The notes below the pieces were generated by a model, which worked only from the letters and a program-made list of their open reading frames with translations, was not told the origin of the DNA and did not search any database. A stretch of DNA of 64,000 nt from assembly GCA_050633305.1 (NCBI GenBank), contig JBOEGF010000032.1:1-64000 (forward strand), written 5' to 3'. This DNA comes from Nannocystales bacterium. GTDB taxonomy: Bacteria > Myxococcota_A > Polyangia > Nannocystales > Nannocystaceae. How positions within the stretch are numbered: the stretch's first letter is position 1; each line of letters opens with the position of its first letter. Position numbers and translations under genes: made by a program. Positions 1 through 16,613 of the stretch are shown piece by piece.

Positions 1-32
1 CTGACGAGGGCTCGACGGATCCGGGTGGCCAC
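1..32 (-). CDS. purH: Probable 5' end of bifunctional AICAR transformylase/IMP cyclohydrolase (partial, runs off window)
   Basis: GTG at 32 reads (M)[10 protein letters not shown], matching the typical PurH N-terminus xxRRALxSVSDK; only 10 codons visible. Confidence 0.6.
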   Translation of the reverse strand, partial: MATRIRRALV

Positions 33-39
33 GGCGCTG

Positions 40-68
40 GAAATACGCCTTGGCCCCCGGCCGGTCAA
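40..68 (-). promoter_or_regulatory. Putative sigma-70 promoter of purH
   Basis: Minus strand TTGACC-17 nt-TATTTC, 7 nt before the GTG at 32. Confidence 0.45.
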
Positions 69-181
69 CCTCGCGCGAGTCGCCCGATCGAGTCACGTCG
101 GCGCACCTCGGGACACGGACGCATTGTCGCGTCCATGTCACAGTCCGGCCACGGGACGTTCACGTCGGGAGCGGTCGTCGG

Positions 182-679
182 CTACTCGGCGGACCGCGCC
201 AGGTACCCGAGCAGCTCTTCGCCGCCGGCTTCCTTGAGCTTCATCAGGCCACGGACCTCGACCTGGCGAATCCGCTCGCGGGTCAGGTTGAGAATCTCGC
301 CGACCTCTTCGAGCGTGATGCCACCTTGCTCAGCGACATCCAGGGCGCAGCTGTTGCCGAGTTCCCAGACTTCTCGGTCCGGGAAGTTGACCTTGATGCT
401 GCCCGTCGCCGGGTTCACGTCGATGTACAGGTGGTACTTGCACGAGACGTACGGGCACGGGCGCGCGACGTTCGAGCACTCACCACGAGCGCTTGGGCGC
501 CAGTAGCTTCGCTCCGGGTACAGGAGCGCGCCGATGCGGAGTTCCTCCTTGGTCAGGCGCTTCATGGCGATCGTCTTGGCGCGGCTGCGCCGAACGATCG
601 GCCTCGGATCGCCGGTGGGAACGGCGTCGTCTTGGATTTCGGTTTCGGGAGGGGTCGCGGTCGGTTCGTACTTGAGCAT
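182..679 (-). CDS. Small Cys-containing protein with C-terminal sigma-70 region 4 HTH (myxobacterial DNA-binding family)
   Basis: C-terminal [20 protein letters not shown] is a region 4 signature; preceded by C-x6[10 protein letters not shown]...SCALD; no region 2. Confidence 0.8.
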   Translation of the reverse strand: MLKYEPTATPPETEIQDDAVPTGDPRPIVRRSRAKTIAMKRLTKEELRIGALLYPERSYWRPSARGECSNVARPCPYVSCKYHLYIDVNPATGSIKVNFPDREVWELGNSCALDVAEQGGITLEEVGEILNLTRERIRQVEVRGLMKLKEAGGEELLGYLARSAE

Positions 680-771
680 GAGAGTCCTGATGCGAGGCCG
701 GGGAGCAGACCTCGGGCACAGAAAGAGGTTGAGAAGGAGCAGGAGTGGGTCGGTGAGGACCCGGGAATTCT

Positions 772-1317
772 TCAGAGCAGCTCGGTGGGGCTGGCTGCCC
801 CTCCGCCGCGCGGACGGCTCGTTTGAGCCGAAGAGACGAGCAGCTTCTCGAGGCGTAGGACGCCTTCGAGCAGTTTTTCGGCGGTGTCGCGAACGGTGGA
901 GAGTTCGCCGCCAAGACGCGTCCGTAGACGATTGGGAGGTTGTTCTCCGACCTTCTGCTCGAAGAGCTTGAGCAGGTCCGAGAGCGCCTCGTCGAGCGTC
1001 TCGATGTTGTCCTTGAAGGTCAGGAAGCGGGACTGGATTTCTTCGATCGTGTACCGCTCCGCCATCAACCGTTTGATCGTGTTGATGCGGCGGACTGCGC
1101 GAGTCGGGTAGACCCCGCGGCTTCCGAGGTTCTTGCCCTTGCGCCCGACCCTGCGGGAGCGAGGGACGAGCCCGAGCTGAACGTACTTCCGCAGCGTCGC
1201 CTCGCTGAACTTGATCTGCGCGCCCGAGAACGCACCGACCAACTCAGCGGAGGTCAGTCCGTCAGGGTGGGCCGCTTCAATTTCGCGGACCTGCGTCTCG
1301 GTCAGAGCGAGGGACAT
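772..1317 (-). CDS. MerR-family transcriptional regulator
   Basis: [14 protein letters not shown]...[18 protein letters not shown]erR-type wHTH followed by coiled coil. Confidence 0.8.
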   Translation of the reverse strand: MSLALTETQVREIEAAHPDGLTSAELVGAFSGAQIKFSEATLRKYVQLGLVPRSRRVGRKGKNLGSRGVYPTRAVRRINTIKRLMAERYTIEEIQSRFLTFKDNIETLDEALSDLLKLFEQKVGEQPPNRLRTRLGGELSTVRDTAEKLLEGVLRLEKLLVSSAQTSRPRGGGAASPTELL

Positions 1318-1834
1318 CGACGTGGGGGGGAGCGGAGGAGAGAGAGCGCCGGTGGTGTGGCGCGGAGAAGAACAGAGGGGGGGTGAATGGAAGGTTTCCC
1401 ATTCGAGAAGTCGCGCGAGCGGAGTCCTGTGACGACCTCTTCTTTACTGTATTCCATTCAATGTAATTGAGGAAGCACTTTCCACTGCATGGGCTCAACT
1501 TTTTATCATATTACCGCTGTCACAAGTTTCAGTATGCGCATTTGACACATGGACGTACGTGCGGGGCGCTTCGAGAATTCGCGAACGCGAACGCGTGCGT
1601 GCACGAGGTCTCAACACCCCCTAGAACCCCGAATTCGCTTCCGAACGGGTGCGCTCATGCGCGCTTGCACTCTTGGGCCGGTGTCAGAACGGGCCAGGGC
1701 CGCAACGCAAGGTTTCGCGCGAGCGAAGCTGCGCATCGGGTTCGAGCCGGATTCGCGTGACGCGAAAAGGGTTCGAGCGGGGCTTGCTACCCTGCGCGCT
1801 CCGGTCGTCTCCTACCTGCGACCGACGCGCTCTC

Positions 1835-3127
1835 GTGCCGGATCCCGACCCGAACTCCACACCCGCCTCGAACGCCCGCCAACGCATCCTCACGATGCTG
1901 ACCCTGATCATCGCCGGCGAGGCGACGTTTGGGCTCCCGTTCATCGTCATCCGGGTGTTCCGCCCCACCCTGCTCGATGTCTTCGACATCACGAACCTCC
2001 AGCTCGGCTCGGCGTTCGCGCTCTATGGCCTGCTCGCGATGGCCGCCTACTTCCCGGGCGGCCCCCTAGCCGACCGGTACTCGGCCCGAAAGTTGATGAC
2101 GATCGCCTTGTTGGGGACCGCGATCGGCGGCGTCGTCTACTTCCAGATCCCCTCGGCCGGCACCCTCACCCTCCTGTTCGGCTACTGGGGCATCACAACG
2201 ATCCTGCTGTTCTGGTCCCCGCTGATTCGCGCGACAAGAAGCTGGGGCGGCGTGGATGCGCAGGGGCGTGCGTTCGGCATCCTCGATGGAGGCCGTGGGT
2301 TGTTCGCAGCGGTGCTGGGCTCGGCGACGGTCGCGCTGTTCTCGGCGCTGATGCCCGACGACATCGCCAACGCGACCCTAGCCGAGCGCGCCGCGGCGCT
2401 TCAGTCGGTGATCGCGACGTTCACGATCTTCACGGTGCTCGCCGCAGCGCTGGTCTGGTTCGTGCTTCCCGACACCACGCGCCAGGAGTCCGAGCCCCGC
2501 GGCTCGACCCGCGAAGTCTGGGCCAACGTCTTGAAGGTGGCCCGCAACCGCGCCGTGTGGCTGCAGATGTTCATCGTCCTGACCGCGTACTGCGGATACA
2601 AGGCGCTCGACGACTACAGCCTCTATGCCCGGGACGCCTTCGGATTCGATGATGTGCAAGCCGCTCAGGTCGGAACGGTCGCGCTGTGGGTTCGACCGAT
2701 CGCTGCCATCGCGGCGGGCATGATCGGCGACCGGGTTGGGGTGGCCCGGGCGGTGTTCGTCTGCTTCGGGGTCTCGACACTCGGCTTTGCCGGCATGGGT
2801 GTGGGCCTGGCCGGACTCGGTCTGCCCTCAATGCTGTTCTTCATGGTCATCACCACCGCCACGGTGGTCTTTGGCCTGCGGGGGCTCTACTTCGCGTTGT
2901 TCCGAGCCGCCCGAGTCGACCCCGCCCTCACGGGCACAGCCGCGGGCATCATCTCGGTCCTGGGATACACGCCCGACATCTTCATCGGGCCGCTCAACGG
3001 GGTCCTCACCGATTCGTTCCCCGGGGCGGCGGGCCACGAGTACTTCTACGGCTCCGTGGCGGCGTTCATGGCGATCGGCTGGCTCTGCGCTTGGCTCTTC
3101 CAGCGGGAGGCCGCAACCCAAAGCTGA
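1835..3127 (+). CDS. MFS transporter
   Basis: About 12 hydrophobic segments; motif A GGPLADRYSARKL and repeat GMIGDRVG; start uncertain (GTG 1835 or a nearby downstream ATG). Confidence 0.9.
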   Translation: MPDPDPNSTPASNARQRILTMLTLIIAGEATFGLPFIVIRVFRPTLLDVFDITNLQLGSAFALYGLLAMAAYFPGGPLADRYSARKLMTIALLGTAIGGVVYFQIPSAGTLTLLFGYWGITTILLFWSPLIRATRSWGGVDAQGRAFGILDGGRGLFAAVLGSATVALFSALMPDDIANATLAERAAALQSVIATFTIFTVLAAALVWFVLPDTTRQESEPRGSTREVWANVLKVARNRAVWLQMFIVLTAYCGYKALDDYSLYARDAFGFDDVQAAQVGTVALWVRPIAAIAAGMIGDRVGVARAVFVCFGVSTLGFAGMGVGLAGLGLPSMLFFMVITTATVVFGLRGLYFALFRAARVDPALTGTAAGIISVLGYTPDIFIGPLNGVLTDSFPGAAGHEYFYGSVAAFMAIGWLCAWLFQREAATQS

Positions 3128-3170
3128 GACCGCGAGCAGGAGTCGGCCACGCCGCCCGCACTCGCGGCGC

Positions 3171-5000
3171 CTACTCGAGACGGGCGCCTGAAGACGTGAT
3201 CCGAATCGTCGACTTGCCGCCGGCTTTGAGCGTGATGGGGTTGCTCTGCACGTACGGCTGGTCCCGACTCGGGCGCCACATGATGGAGTGCTTGCCGATC
3301 GTGAGCTGCACCCGACGCATGGGCTCGAGCACCAACTCCTTGCCGCCGTCGATCTTGACGTAGGCGACGGTCAGAGGCTTCTTCAGCTTGAGCGACACCT
3401 TCATCTTGGGAAGGACCTTGGGCGGGAGAGGCTTCGCGACCTTGTCCGCGGCAGGCTTGGAACCACCGCCGGAACTGCCGGATTTGCCGCCCCGGGACCG
3501 GTTGCGCCGCGCCGGCTTGGCGACGGGCTCTGGCTCTGGCTCCGGCTCCGGCTCTGACTCTGACTCTGGGGTCGGGCCGGTATCGGGCTCAGCACCGTCG
3601 TCGGCGGCCGCCCCGGGTTCGGCATCTCCGACCGGCGCAGGGTCGGCCGCAGCCGCCTCCGGCGTGCCTGCGATCTCCAGCGCGCTGCCGCCCTGGCCCG
3701 GACTCGGGTTCTCGGGGGTGTCTGCGCCCGAGTCGGCCCGCTCGGCCACAGGTGTGTCGGCGACCTCGGCCGCAGCGACCTCGGTGTTGCCCGACGTGTC
3801 TCTTCCGCTCTTGACCGCGAGCGCAACGCCGACGGCTCCGGCCGCGCAGAGCAGGCCAGCACCCACGCCCAGCAAGAGCGCCGAGGTGCCCTTCTTGCTG
3901 GGGACCACAAACGCTTGCGAGGCCGCGGTCGCAACCCCGGCCGGAATGCCAGGGTCGGTGCCGGCGCCCGGCATGGAAGACGACATCTCTGGCGAGGTGG
4001 CGCCGGTCTGCCGAGTGTTGGTGGCGGCGGTCGGCGGCGCGGTGTCGGCCATCGCGTCGACGGTCGCGTGGGACACCGCCTGCATGTGAATGCCCGAGCG
4101 AGGCGTGTTCACGCCCATGTATCCGCGAACGAGACGTCCCAGCTCCCCCGCGGCGCTTCGGTACCCGGGCCAAGCCTCGAGCTGCTCGAGCGCGAGGTCG
4201 GAGGACTGCACGCGCTTGTGTTCGTCGGGGTCGAGCATCGCGGCCCGCAGCGCCAACACCTCCGGTGGCATGCCCTCGCGTTGAAGCGGCGGGGTGTGGC
4301 CGCCGAGGATCTGATTGTACAGCTGCATCTCGTCGGCACCGTCGCGGTACTTCTGGCCTTCGAGGAGCTCGTGGAAGATGGCGCCTGCGCCGTAGATATC
4401 GACCGTCGGTGCCTTGGAGCTGCCGCCCAGGTGCTCGGGCGCCATGTACCGGAGCTTGCCCTTGATGTGGATACCTGAGGTTTCCTCTTGGGCGAGCCGA
4501 GCGACGCCGAAGTCGAGCACCTTGACCTCGCCCGAAACACTGACGAGCACGTTCTGCGGCGAGATGTCCCGGTGGACGACCGTGATCTGACGTCCCTCGT
4601 GATAGAGGTTGTGCGCGTAGGCGAGCCCCTTGAGGACCTCTCCGATGACGAACCCTCCGAGGGAGAGAGAGGGAAGCTTTCCCTCGGTGCGCATGTGGGT
4701 AAGAAGCTGGGACAGGTTCATCCCGTCGACCCACTCCATGACCATGTACAGGCGTCCGTCGTCCTCGCCCGCGTCGAACACCTGGATGACGTTGCTGTGG
4801 GACAGCATCATCGACAGCCGCGCTTCCGAGAGGAACATCTCCCGGTGCCGCTCGCTGTTGGTCTTGGACGGGATGATGAACTTGACCGCCACCGACTTGG
4901 TCGCGCCACCCACTCCCTGACGTCGGCCCATCCAGACCTCCGCCATGCCGCCGGAACCAATCCGACGTACGAGCTCGTAATCTCCAACCCTCGGTGTCAC
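3171..5000 (-). CDS. Membrane-anchored Hanks-type Ser/Thr protein kinase
   Basis: GSGGMA, VAVK, HRDISPQN, DFG, APE motifs; one TM helix; Pro/Glu-rich linker and small beta-rich C-terminal domain. Confidence 0.95.
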   Translation of the reverse strand: MTPRVGDYELVRRIGSGGMAEVWMGRRQGVGGATKSVAVKFIIPSKTNSERHREMFLSEARLSMMLSHSNVIQVFDAGEDDGRLYMVMEWVDGMNLSQLLTHMRTEGKLPSLSLGGFVIGEVLKGLAYAHNLYHEGRQITVVHRDISPQNVLVSVSGEVKVLDFGVARLAQEETSGIHIKGKLRYMAPEHLGGSSKAPTVDIYGAGAIFHELLEGQKYRDGADEMQLYNQILGGHTPPLQREGMPPEVLALRAAMLDPDEHKRVQSSDLALEQLEAWPGYRSAAGELGRLVRGYMGVNTPRSGIHMQAVSHATVDAMADTAPPTAATNTRQTGATSPEMSSSMPGAGTDPGIPAGVATAASQAFVVPSKKGTSALLLGVGAGLLCAAGAVGVALAVKSGRDTSGNTEVAAAEVADTPVAERADSGADTPENPSPGQGGSALEIAGTPEAAAADPAPVGDAEPGAAADDGAEPDTGPTPESESEPEPEPEPEPVAKPARRNRSRGGKSGSSGGGSKPAADKVAKPLPPKVLPKMKVSLKLKKPLTVAYVKIDGGKELVLEPMRRVQLTIGKHSIMWRPSRDQPYVQSNPITLKAGGKSTIRITSSGARLE

Positions 5001-5072
5001 CGGCTGCCCAGCGTGACCGGATGTGCGGTCCCCGTCAAGGGCACACCGCGGGGGAGGACAGGCGAGAAAGCC

Positions 5073-5933
5073 TCACAGGAGCGTGCGGACCGGGGCCAGC
5101 AGCAGCCGCCACGCGACGGGGTCGTAGCGCTCGGGCCCCTGGTACTTGAACGTCTTCTTCTCGTGCTGCCACACCGGCCCAGAGTCTTGGCAGCCATGAA
5201 ATCGGTCGGCGCGGGTGCAGTAGACACGGACGTGGAAATGGTCGTCGTGCGGTGCCGAGTCTCCAGGCTGACGCATGATCGTGCGGGCGTAGTCGACCAA
5301 CCACGGTGGCCGCTTGTGCCGACGCGCCCAGTGCAGCAGGTGCGCCTTGATGTCGTCACTGACGAAGATCCACTGCACCCGAATCGAGCCGTCGGTGAGG
5401 AGTGCCTCGACGAGTTGCCAGTTGCGACGAGCATCGAACAACCGGGATTCCCAGTCCGCGTCCTCGTAGGGATTCTTGTCGTTGCCGACGGGCTTGCCTT
5501 TGCGGTCGAACTTCACCATCCCCTCTTGAAGCGGAGCCATCGGCCGCCCCTTTCCATCGCGGGTATAGAAGAGGAGATCGACGTCGCGACCGGCGTGATG
5601 CGAGCTGTGCCACGCAGAGCGTCCACCCGTCTTTCGCGAGAAGTCCGCCACACCCAGAACCGCGCGGCGATCATGACGACGAACCCGTCCCGCCGCGCGT
5701 TGGACCGCTGCGATCAGTTCGTCGGTCGCATAGTGGAACCCCCGGCGCTTCCACCGCGGCGGCACCCGCCAGCCCTTGCCGGTGATCGGCATCCGCGCGG
5801 GGCTGCGGATCCGGCCGCGATTGACCGTGCCCGTCGACACGCTACCGAGGTCTGTGAACAGGTTTGGCCCCGCACAGCCGAACGCGGTGAACGCGAACAA
5901 CGCCAGACTTGCTGCGATCGGTCGACTCCGCAC
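5073..5933 (-). CDS. Penicillin-insensitive murein endopeptidase (MepA-like) lipoprotein
   Basis: Lipobox AFGC; Zn motifs SSHHAGRDVD and HDDHFH. Confidence 0.85.
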   Translation of the reverse strand: MRSRPIAASLALFAFTAFGCAGPNLFTDLGSVSTGTVNRGRIRSPARMPITGKGWRVPPRWKRRGFHYATDELIAAVQRAAGRVRRHDRRAVLGVADFSRKTGGRSAWHSSHHAGRDVDLLFYTRDGKGRPMAPLQEGMVKFDRKGKPVGNDKNPYEDADWESRLFDARRNWQLVEALLTDGSIRVQWIFVSDDIKAHLLHWARRHKRPPWLVDYARTIMRQPGDSAPHDDHFHVRVYCTRADRFHGCQDSGPVWQHEKKTFKYQGPERYDPVAWRLLLAPVRTLL

Positions 5934-6026
5934 AGGTCTCGGGATTCTAGCAGGCCGGCGGCAGCGCCCCCTTGAGACTCGCGCGATTTGGAGAGGCCGG
6001 CGCGCAGCCGCTATGCTGTCGAGTTC

Positions 6027-6998
6027 GTGGATCGGATTGGCTTACTTCGTAGCTTTGGGATTTGCTTGGGCCTGTCGGGGTGCAGCGCTGGCGTAGAGGG
6101 CGCAGCTTCGTTCACCTTCGCACCGCCGGAGTCGGAGATCGGCGACACCACGGGCGGGGTCGAAGACACCGGGGGGACCGATGACCCGACGGCGGGCTCG
6201 GGTGGAATGTCGGACTCGGCATCCCCGACCACGGGGCTCGAAGAGACGACGGACGACGGCTCAACCTCGTTGCCCGACCCAACTTCGGACAGCGATACCC
6301 CCTCCACGACCGGCGAGCCCGGGGAGTGCGAGCCCGGAGAGACCCGCGTTTGTTACACCGGCCCCGACGGAACCGCCGATGTCGGTCCGTGCGCAAGCGG
6401 TACCGAGGCATGCGGCGCCAACACGATGTGGACCGGCACGTGCGAGGGCGAGCTGCTTCCCAGCGACGAGAACTGCGACGGCGAAGACAACGATTGCAAC
6501 GGGGCGATCGACGACGGCAACCCCGACGGTGGCGACGCATGCAACACCGGCCTCCCTGGCCCCTGCCAGCCTGGCGTGCTGACCTGCGTCAACGGGGCGC
6601 TGATCTGCGATGGCGACGTGAACCCGGCTCCCACCGAGACATGTGGCAACAACATCGACGACGACTGCAGCGGCGTGGTCGACAACGGATGTAGCTGCGA
6701 CCCCGGCAACCCGGGCCTCGATTGTGCAGCCAACGAGTCGTGTTTCCCCACCGATACGGGGGACACGGTCTGCGCCGGACCGGTCGGTGTGGGCGGCCAG
6801 TACACCCCGTGTGTCGACAACACCGCGTGCGCACCAGGCTACACCTGCGTGGACACCGGGGTGGGCACTGCCTACTGCATGGAGTGGTGCACATCGTTCC
6901 TCGACTGCCCTGCGGCCCTCGACGACTGCGTCTCCTTGAGCCCGATGGTGTACGCCGACCTCCAAGAGTGGGGCGTCTGCTACGACGGGCTCGGTTGA
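6027..6998 (+). CDS. Cys-rich secreted/lipoprotein with putative metal-binding (E-x-C-D/G-x-x-D-x-D-C) repeats
   Basis: LGLSGC lipobox, Thr/Asp/Gly linker, repeats ENCDGEDNDCNGAIDDG and ETCGNNIDDDCSGVVDNG; start uncertain. Confidence 0.75.
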   Translation: MDRIGLLRSFGICLGLSGCSAGVEGAASFTFAPPESEIGDTTGGVEDTGGTDDPTAGSGGMSDSASPTTGLEETTDDGSTSLPDPTSDSDTPSTTGEPGECEPGETRVCYTGPDGTADVGPCASGTEACGANTMWTGTCEGELLPSDENCDGEDNDCNGAIDDGNPDGGDACNTGLPGPCQPGVLTCVNGALICDGDVNPAPTETCGNNIDDDCSGVVDNGCSCDPGNPGLDCAANESCFPTDTGDTVCAGPVGVGGQYTPCVDNTACAPGYTCVDTGVGTAYCMEWCTSFLDCPAALDDCVSLSPMVYADLQEWGVCYDGLG

Positions 6999-7061
6999 CC
7001 CCTCGTAGGCCGTCGCCAGGGGCGGATTGTCCCTGGCTGAGTGGTCCTCGCTTCGGCCACG

Positions 7062-7100
7062 AAAAAAAGAGCGTGCCCCCAAGGGACACGCTCTCTTTTT
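7062..7100 (-). terminator. Intrinsic terminator of dnaK (probably bidirectional)
   Basis: Minus strand AGAGCGTGTCCC-TTG-GGGGCACGCTCT followed by a T run; T run also present on plus strand. Confidence 0.85.
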
Positions 7101-7122
7101 CGTCCGAAGACGCGACCGAAGG

Positions 7123-9075
<1,953 letters not shown>

Positions 9076-9355
9076 CTGCAGGCAGTCCTTTCCGATGAAA
9101 TTCGTTGTTCTCGATGAAGTAGGGGGAAGCTTTGGCGCTCAACCCTCGGCAAACCCCGCATCTGCGAAGCTGTGCTGACCGAGGTCGTGGCCGAGGTCGT
9201 GGCCAAGGGAGAGATCCAGGGGGTCAGGTGCCGGGGGTCGACACCTGACGACGGCCCGAACCTAATGCTCGGGTTTGGGGTGTCAACCCCGGCGGGGCAA
9301 CACCGTTGCCCGTTCGAGACGAGGGCACCCGGTGTTCGCACACGGCCCGCGCGGG

Positions 9356-11728
<2,373 letters not shown>

Positions 11729-12062
11729 GCTTTGCAGCCGTTTTGCAGGCGCGCAACGGTAACACCCGGCCCCTGCGTGTCAACGGAGCGACCGCACGCG
11801 TGCAAACCGTCGGCTCGCCGAGCCCGACCCCCTCCCAAACGGCCCGGGGACCTCGGCTGTGGCTTCGCCCGGCCCCTCTTCCACCTCTGAGGTCTGCGCC
11901 GACGCACCGAAGGTGTCCCGGTCCGAACCCCCCGAACGACCCCGAGAACGAGGATCGGCTCCCCCGATTGAGCGACGCAGCCTGGGTGCCGACCCCGCAG
12001 GACCCCTCTCCTCCGCTGCTGGTGCGTTCAAACCCACGGAGATACAGTGGGCTGTGCCTTCG

Positions 12063-13906
<1,844 letters not shown>

Positions 13907-13910
<4 letters not shown>

Positions 13911-15147
13911 GCGAGGAGAATCTGCGGTCACACTTCCTTCGGAGGCCCAACGTTCTCGACGCGTTCAGCGTCCAAACCTCGACATCCCAATCGGGCCGGG
14001 AGGTGAGGACCCGCGACACCTTCTGTTGACCGGGCCGAACGGCTCCGGGAAGTCGACGATCCCCAGGGGGCTTGAGGCTGAGCTTCTCCCCCCCGGCCAA
14101 CGACGCCAACGCGAGGGGGCCTTCCGCCAGCAGCTGGCTACGTTCCAACAACAGCTTGAGAACCTTCCGCCGTCCGATCCACGTCGCGCACAAGTCGCTG
14201 CTGCCGGCAAGAACATGTCCAATGCTCTTGCTCAGCTCGCGACGACTGGGCACGTGCGTGCGCACTTCGGGCCCTACCCGACCGAGGAGCCGTTCATCCT
14301 GCGCATTCCAGCGGATCGGACGCTCCGGCTGCAGCCAACGAACGGACCGACGCCACTGGGAGACCACGTTTTCACCCGTGGGCAAATACAGGTCGGACAA
14401 ACACTCCAACACCTGGTGAACCTCAAGACCGAGGCTGCTCTCGCGAGGGACGACGGAGCCAACGAAGAGGCCTCGGCACTTTCCGCACGGCTCTCGAGGT
14501 TCGAAGATGGCCTTCAGACCCTATTCGATGACCCGGACACACGGCTGGCCTTCGACCGGCGCGCACTGAGTTTCGCCCTTCACAGCCGCGGCAAGAGCAC
14601 ATCCTTTGAACACTTGCCCGATGGTCTCTCAAGCGCAACCTACATCTGGTCTGGGCTAACGCTTGCATGGGAAGGTCAGCGTCGAAAAGGGGATTTCGCC
14701 GGCCGCGGCTGGGCGTTGCTGGACGAACCCGAGTTGCACCTGCACGCAGAACTCCAGAAGAAACTCCTTCCGTTCCTCGTAGCGTCGTTCCCTAACGTTC
14801 AGTTCATCGTCGCGACCCACTCGCCCGCGATCCTTGCGAGTCTTCGCGGCGCGACGATCTTCGACCTACGAACCCGTGAGGCGTACCCAAGCGAGGAACT
14901 CCGCGGCGTCCGCTACGGTACGATCCTGACCGAACACTTCGGGATCAGCAGCGACTTCGACCTGCAAACAACCCGTGCTCTCGAGCAGCTCTACGCGCTG
15001 TACGACTCGAGCCCCAAGCCGGGGTCGGCTCAGTTCAGTCAGTTCAAGGAGATGCGGATGCTGGCCGAGTCCCTGGGCGACGTCCCACACGTTCTCGTCT
15101 CGGCCGCCGGGAAGCTCACATCGCGAGCCTCGGATTCGGATGATTGA
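13907..15147 (+). pseudogene. ABC/AAA_21-type ATPase (Septu PtuA-like), frameshifted near 13974-13976
   Basis: ATG 13907 overlaps upstream stop (ATGA). Frame switch at CAAAC gives MSEENLRSHFLRR..FSVQ/NLDIPIGPGGEDPRHLLLTGPNGSGKST; Walker B LLDEPELHLH and H-loop VATHSP present. Confidence 0.7.
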
Positions 15148-15785
15148 CGTCGACCGTGGCCCGGCCCCGAAGTCGTTGGCGGCAGGTGGGAAGTACGGTG
15201 CGGACGATGTTGTCGTCGCGCTCCACAAGGCGTTCTACGGTAAGTGCTACCTCTGCGAGCGCCCCGTCGAGCTTGGCGACCTGGAGGTCGAGCATCGTCT
15301 AGCTCAGAACGAGCGGCCAGAACTCGAAACCGAATGGTCGAACCTGTTCCCGAGTTGCGACCGATGCAACGCTCAACGGGCCAACCGATCCCCAGAGGGC
15401 GGCTATGCGTCACCGGGTGAAGGGGTCGAGGAACGGCTGCGGCAACAAGCCACGGCATCAGCCAACGTGAACATCGGCGTCGAGTGCCGACCCGACCGAC
15501 CTCCCTGCGGCGAATGCTGCCCAGGAGCTGGAACGGTTGCACAGCGTCCAGCACGGGCGAGGGATCCGTAAGCGGTTCAAAGGCGTCGCCCTGCTCAAGG
15601 CGATCGCAGAGCACTACACGCGCGAGATCAGCCACCTTGAGCTGCGCGTCCTCGACGCCCGATCGACAGGACACAGCGCGGACGAGTCTGAGCAGCTCCT
15701 CCGCGCCCGGCTCTCCCGCAAGTCGCGCTTCACAATGCTGATGCGGAGCCTCGTCGATCCAAGCCTGAGCGACCTGTTCGACTGA
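15140..15785 (+). pseudogene. HNH endonuclease (Septu PtuB-like), frameshifted near 15480-15490
   Basis: CYLCE...VEH...WSNLFPSCDRCN in frame from ATG 15140; protein-like continuation SADPTDLPAANAAQELERLH...DLFD* in the +1 frame ending at 15785. Confidence 0.7.
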
Positions 15786-16237
15786 GCCGCAACGGGGTGC
15801 AACCAAAAGGACAAGGGCCACGACACTCCTCGGTATTGAGAAGGCGCAGCCCCTGCGATGCGAAACACGACCACGACCCGAAGGCCGAGAGAGGTCTAGA
15901 TAAGTTTCAAGCTAACGACGGGTTGCTCCCACACGCCCCGTCAGACGAATCGACCGAAAGAAATCTTGTTGGGACCGCCTGGGTCCCGGTGCCGCCCCGC
16001 GATGCGGGTGCAGCGTTGCGGAGTCGGGCGTCAACCGCGGCTCCGGCGGACAGGCTCACCCAGGCGTTCGCCAGAGCCGCGAAGGTCGCTTCGCCCCGAC
16101 CTCCAGCCTCCGTCGTCTCGGGAGCGACCCCCAAGGGGTCGCGAGCAAGCCCGACAGGGCGCCCGCCAGAGGGTGCTCCGCAAATCCGACGGATTCGCTC
16201 GGCACTTCCGCGAATCCTCGGGATTCGCTCCTGTGAA

Positions 16238-16286
16238 GCGAAGGGGGCTCTGCCCCCGCAGCGAGGGAGACCGCGAGGTCTCCCTC
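16238..16286. repeat. REP-like two-hairpin element, copy 1
   Basis: GCGAAGGGGGCTCTGCCCCCGCAGCGAGGGAGACCGCGAGGTCTCCCTC; closely similar to 33148-33194. Confidence 0.7.
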
Positions 16287-16291
16287 TAAAG

Positions 16292-16462
16292 CTAGTCCCA
16301 AGGGGACTTGTACTTCTGAGCCCGGTCCGGGTCGCAGAAGTCGTCGTCTTGCTCGAGGGCACGGAGGAGCTCCAGCTCCTCTTTTCCAAGGCGGTCCCCG
16401 CCGTACATGCCTTCGCGCTGGAACTCGGCAAAACTCGTGAATGTACTTCGGAAGTAGCTCAT
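16292..16462 (-). CDS. Small acidic protein (56 aa)
   Basis: MSYFRSTFTSFAEFQRE...KSPWD with AAGGAG/GGGG purine tract upstream of the ATG; divergent from parA. Confidence 0.65.
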   Translation of the reverse strand: MSYFRSTFTSFAEFQREGMYGGDRLGKEELELLRALEQDDDFCDPDRAQKYKSPWD

Positions 16463-16613
16463 CGTCCCCGTTCTCCTTGGTTCCCTCCGCCCCAGGGGCG
16501 TTGGTGTTTGGAGAGTACGGGCAGGTCGCACATGTAGGCAAAAATCTCACTCATTCTCGGGAAGGCGCGTTGTCGGCCCCCGTGACCCGGTGTCGGTGGT
16601 AGGACTGCGGGCC

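Noticed and set aside
33..181. ZMP/ZTP riboswitch upstream of purH
   Set aside because: The conserved GACUGGCG and CGCCUGGGC elements are not seen; a promoter-like site lies directly before the start.
9076..9355. CIRCE operator upstream of dnaK
   Set aside because: No TTAGCACTC-N9-GAGTGCTAA; only a 12-bp tandem duplication (CCGAGGTCGTGG) and short hairpins.
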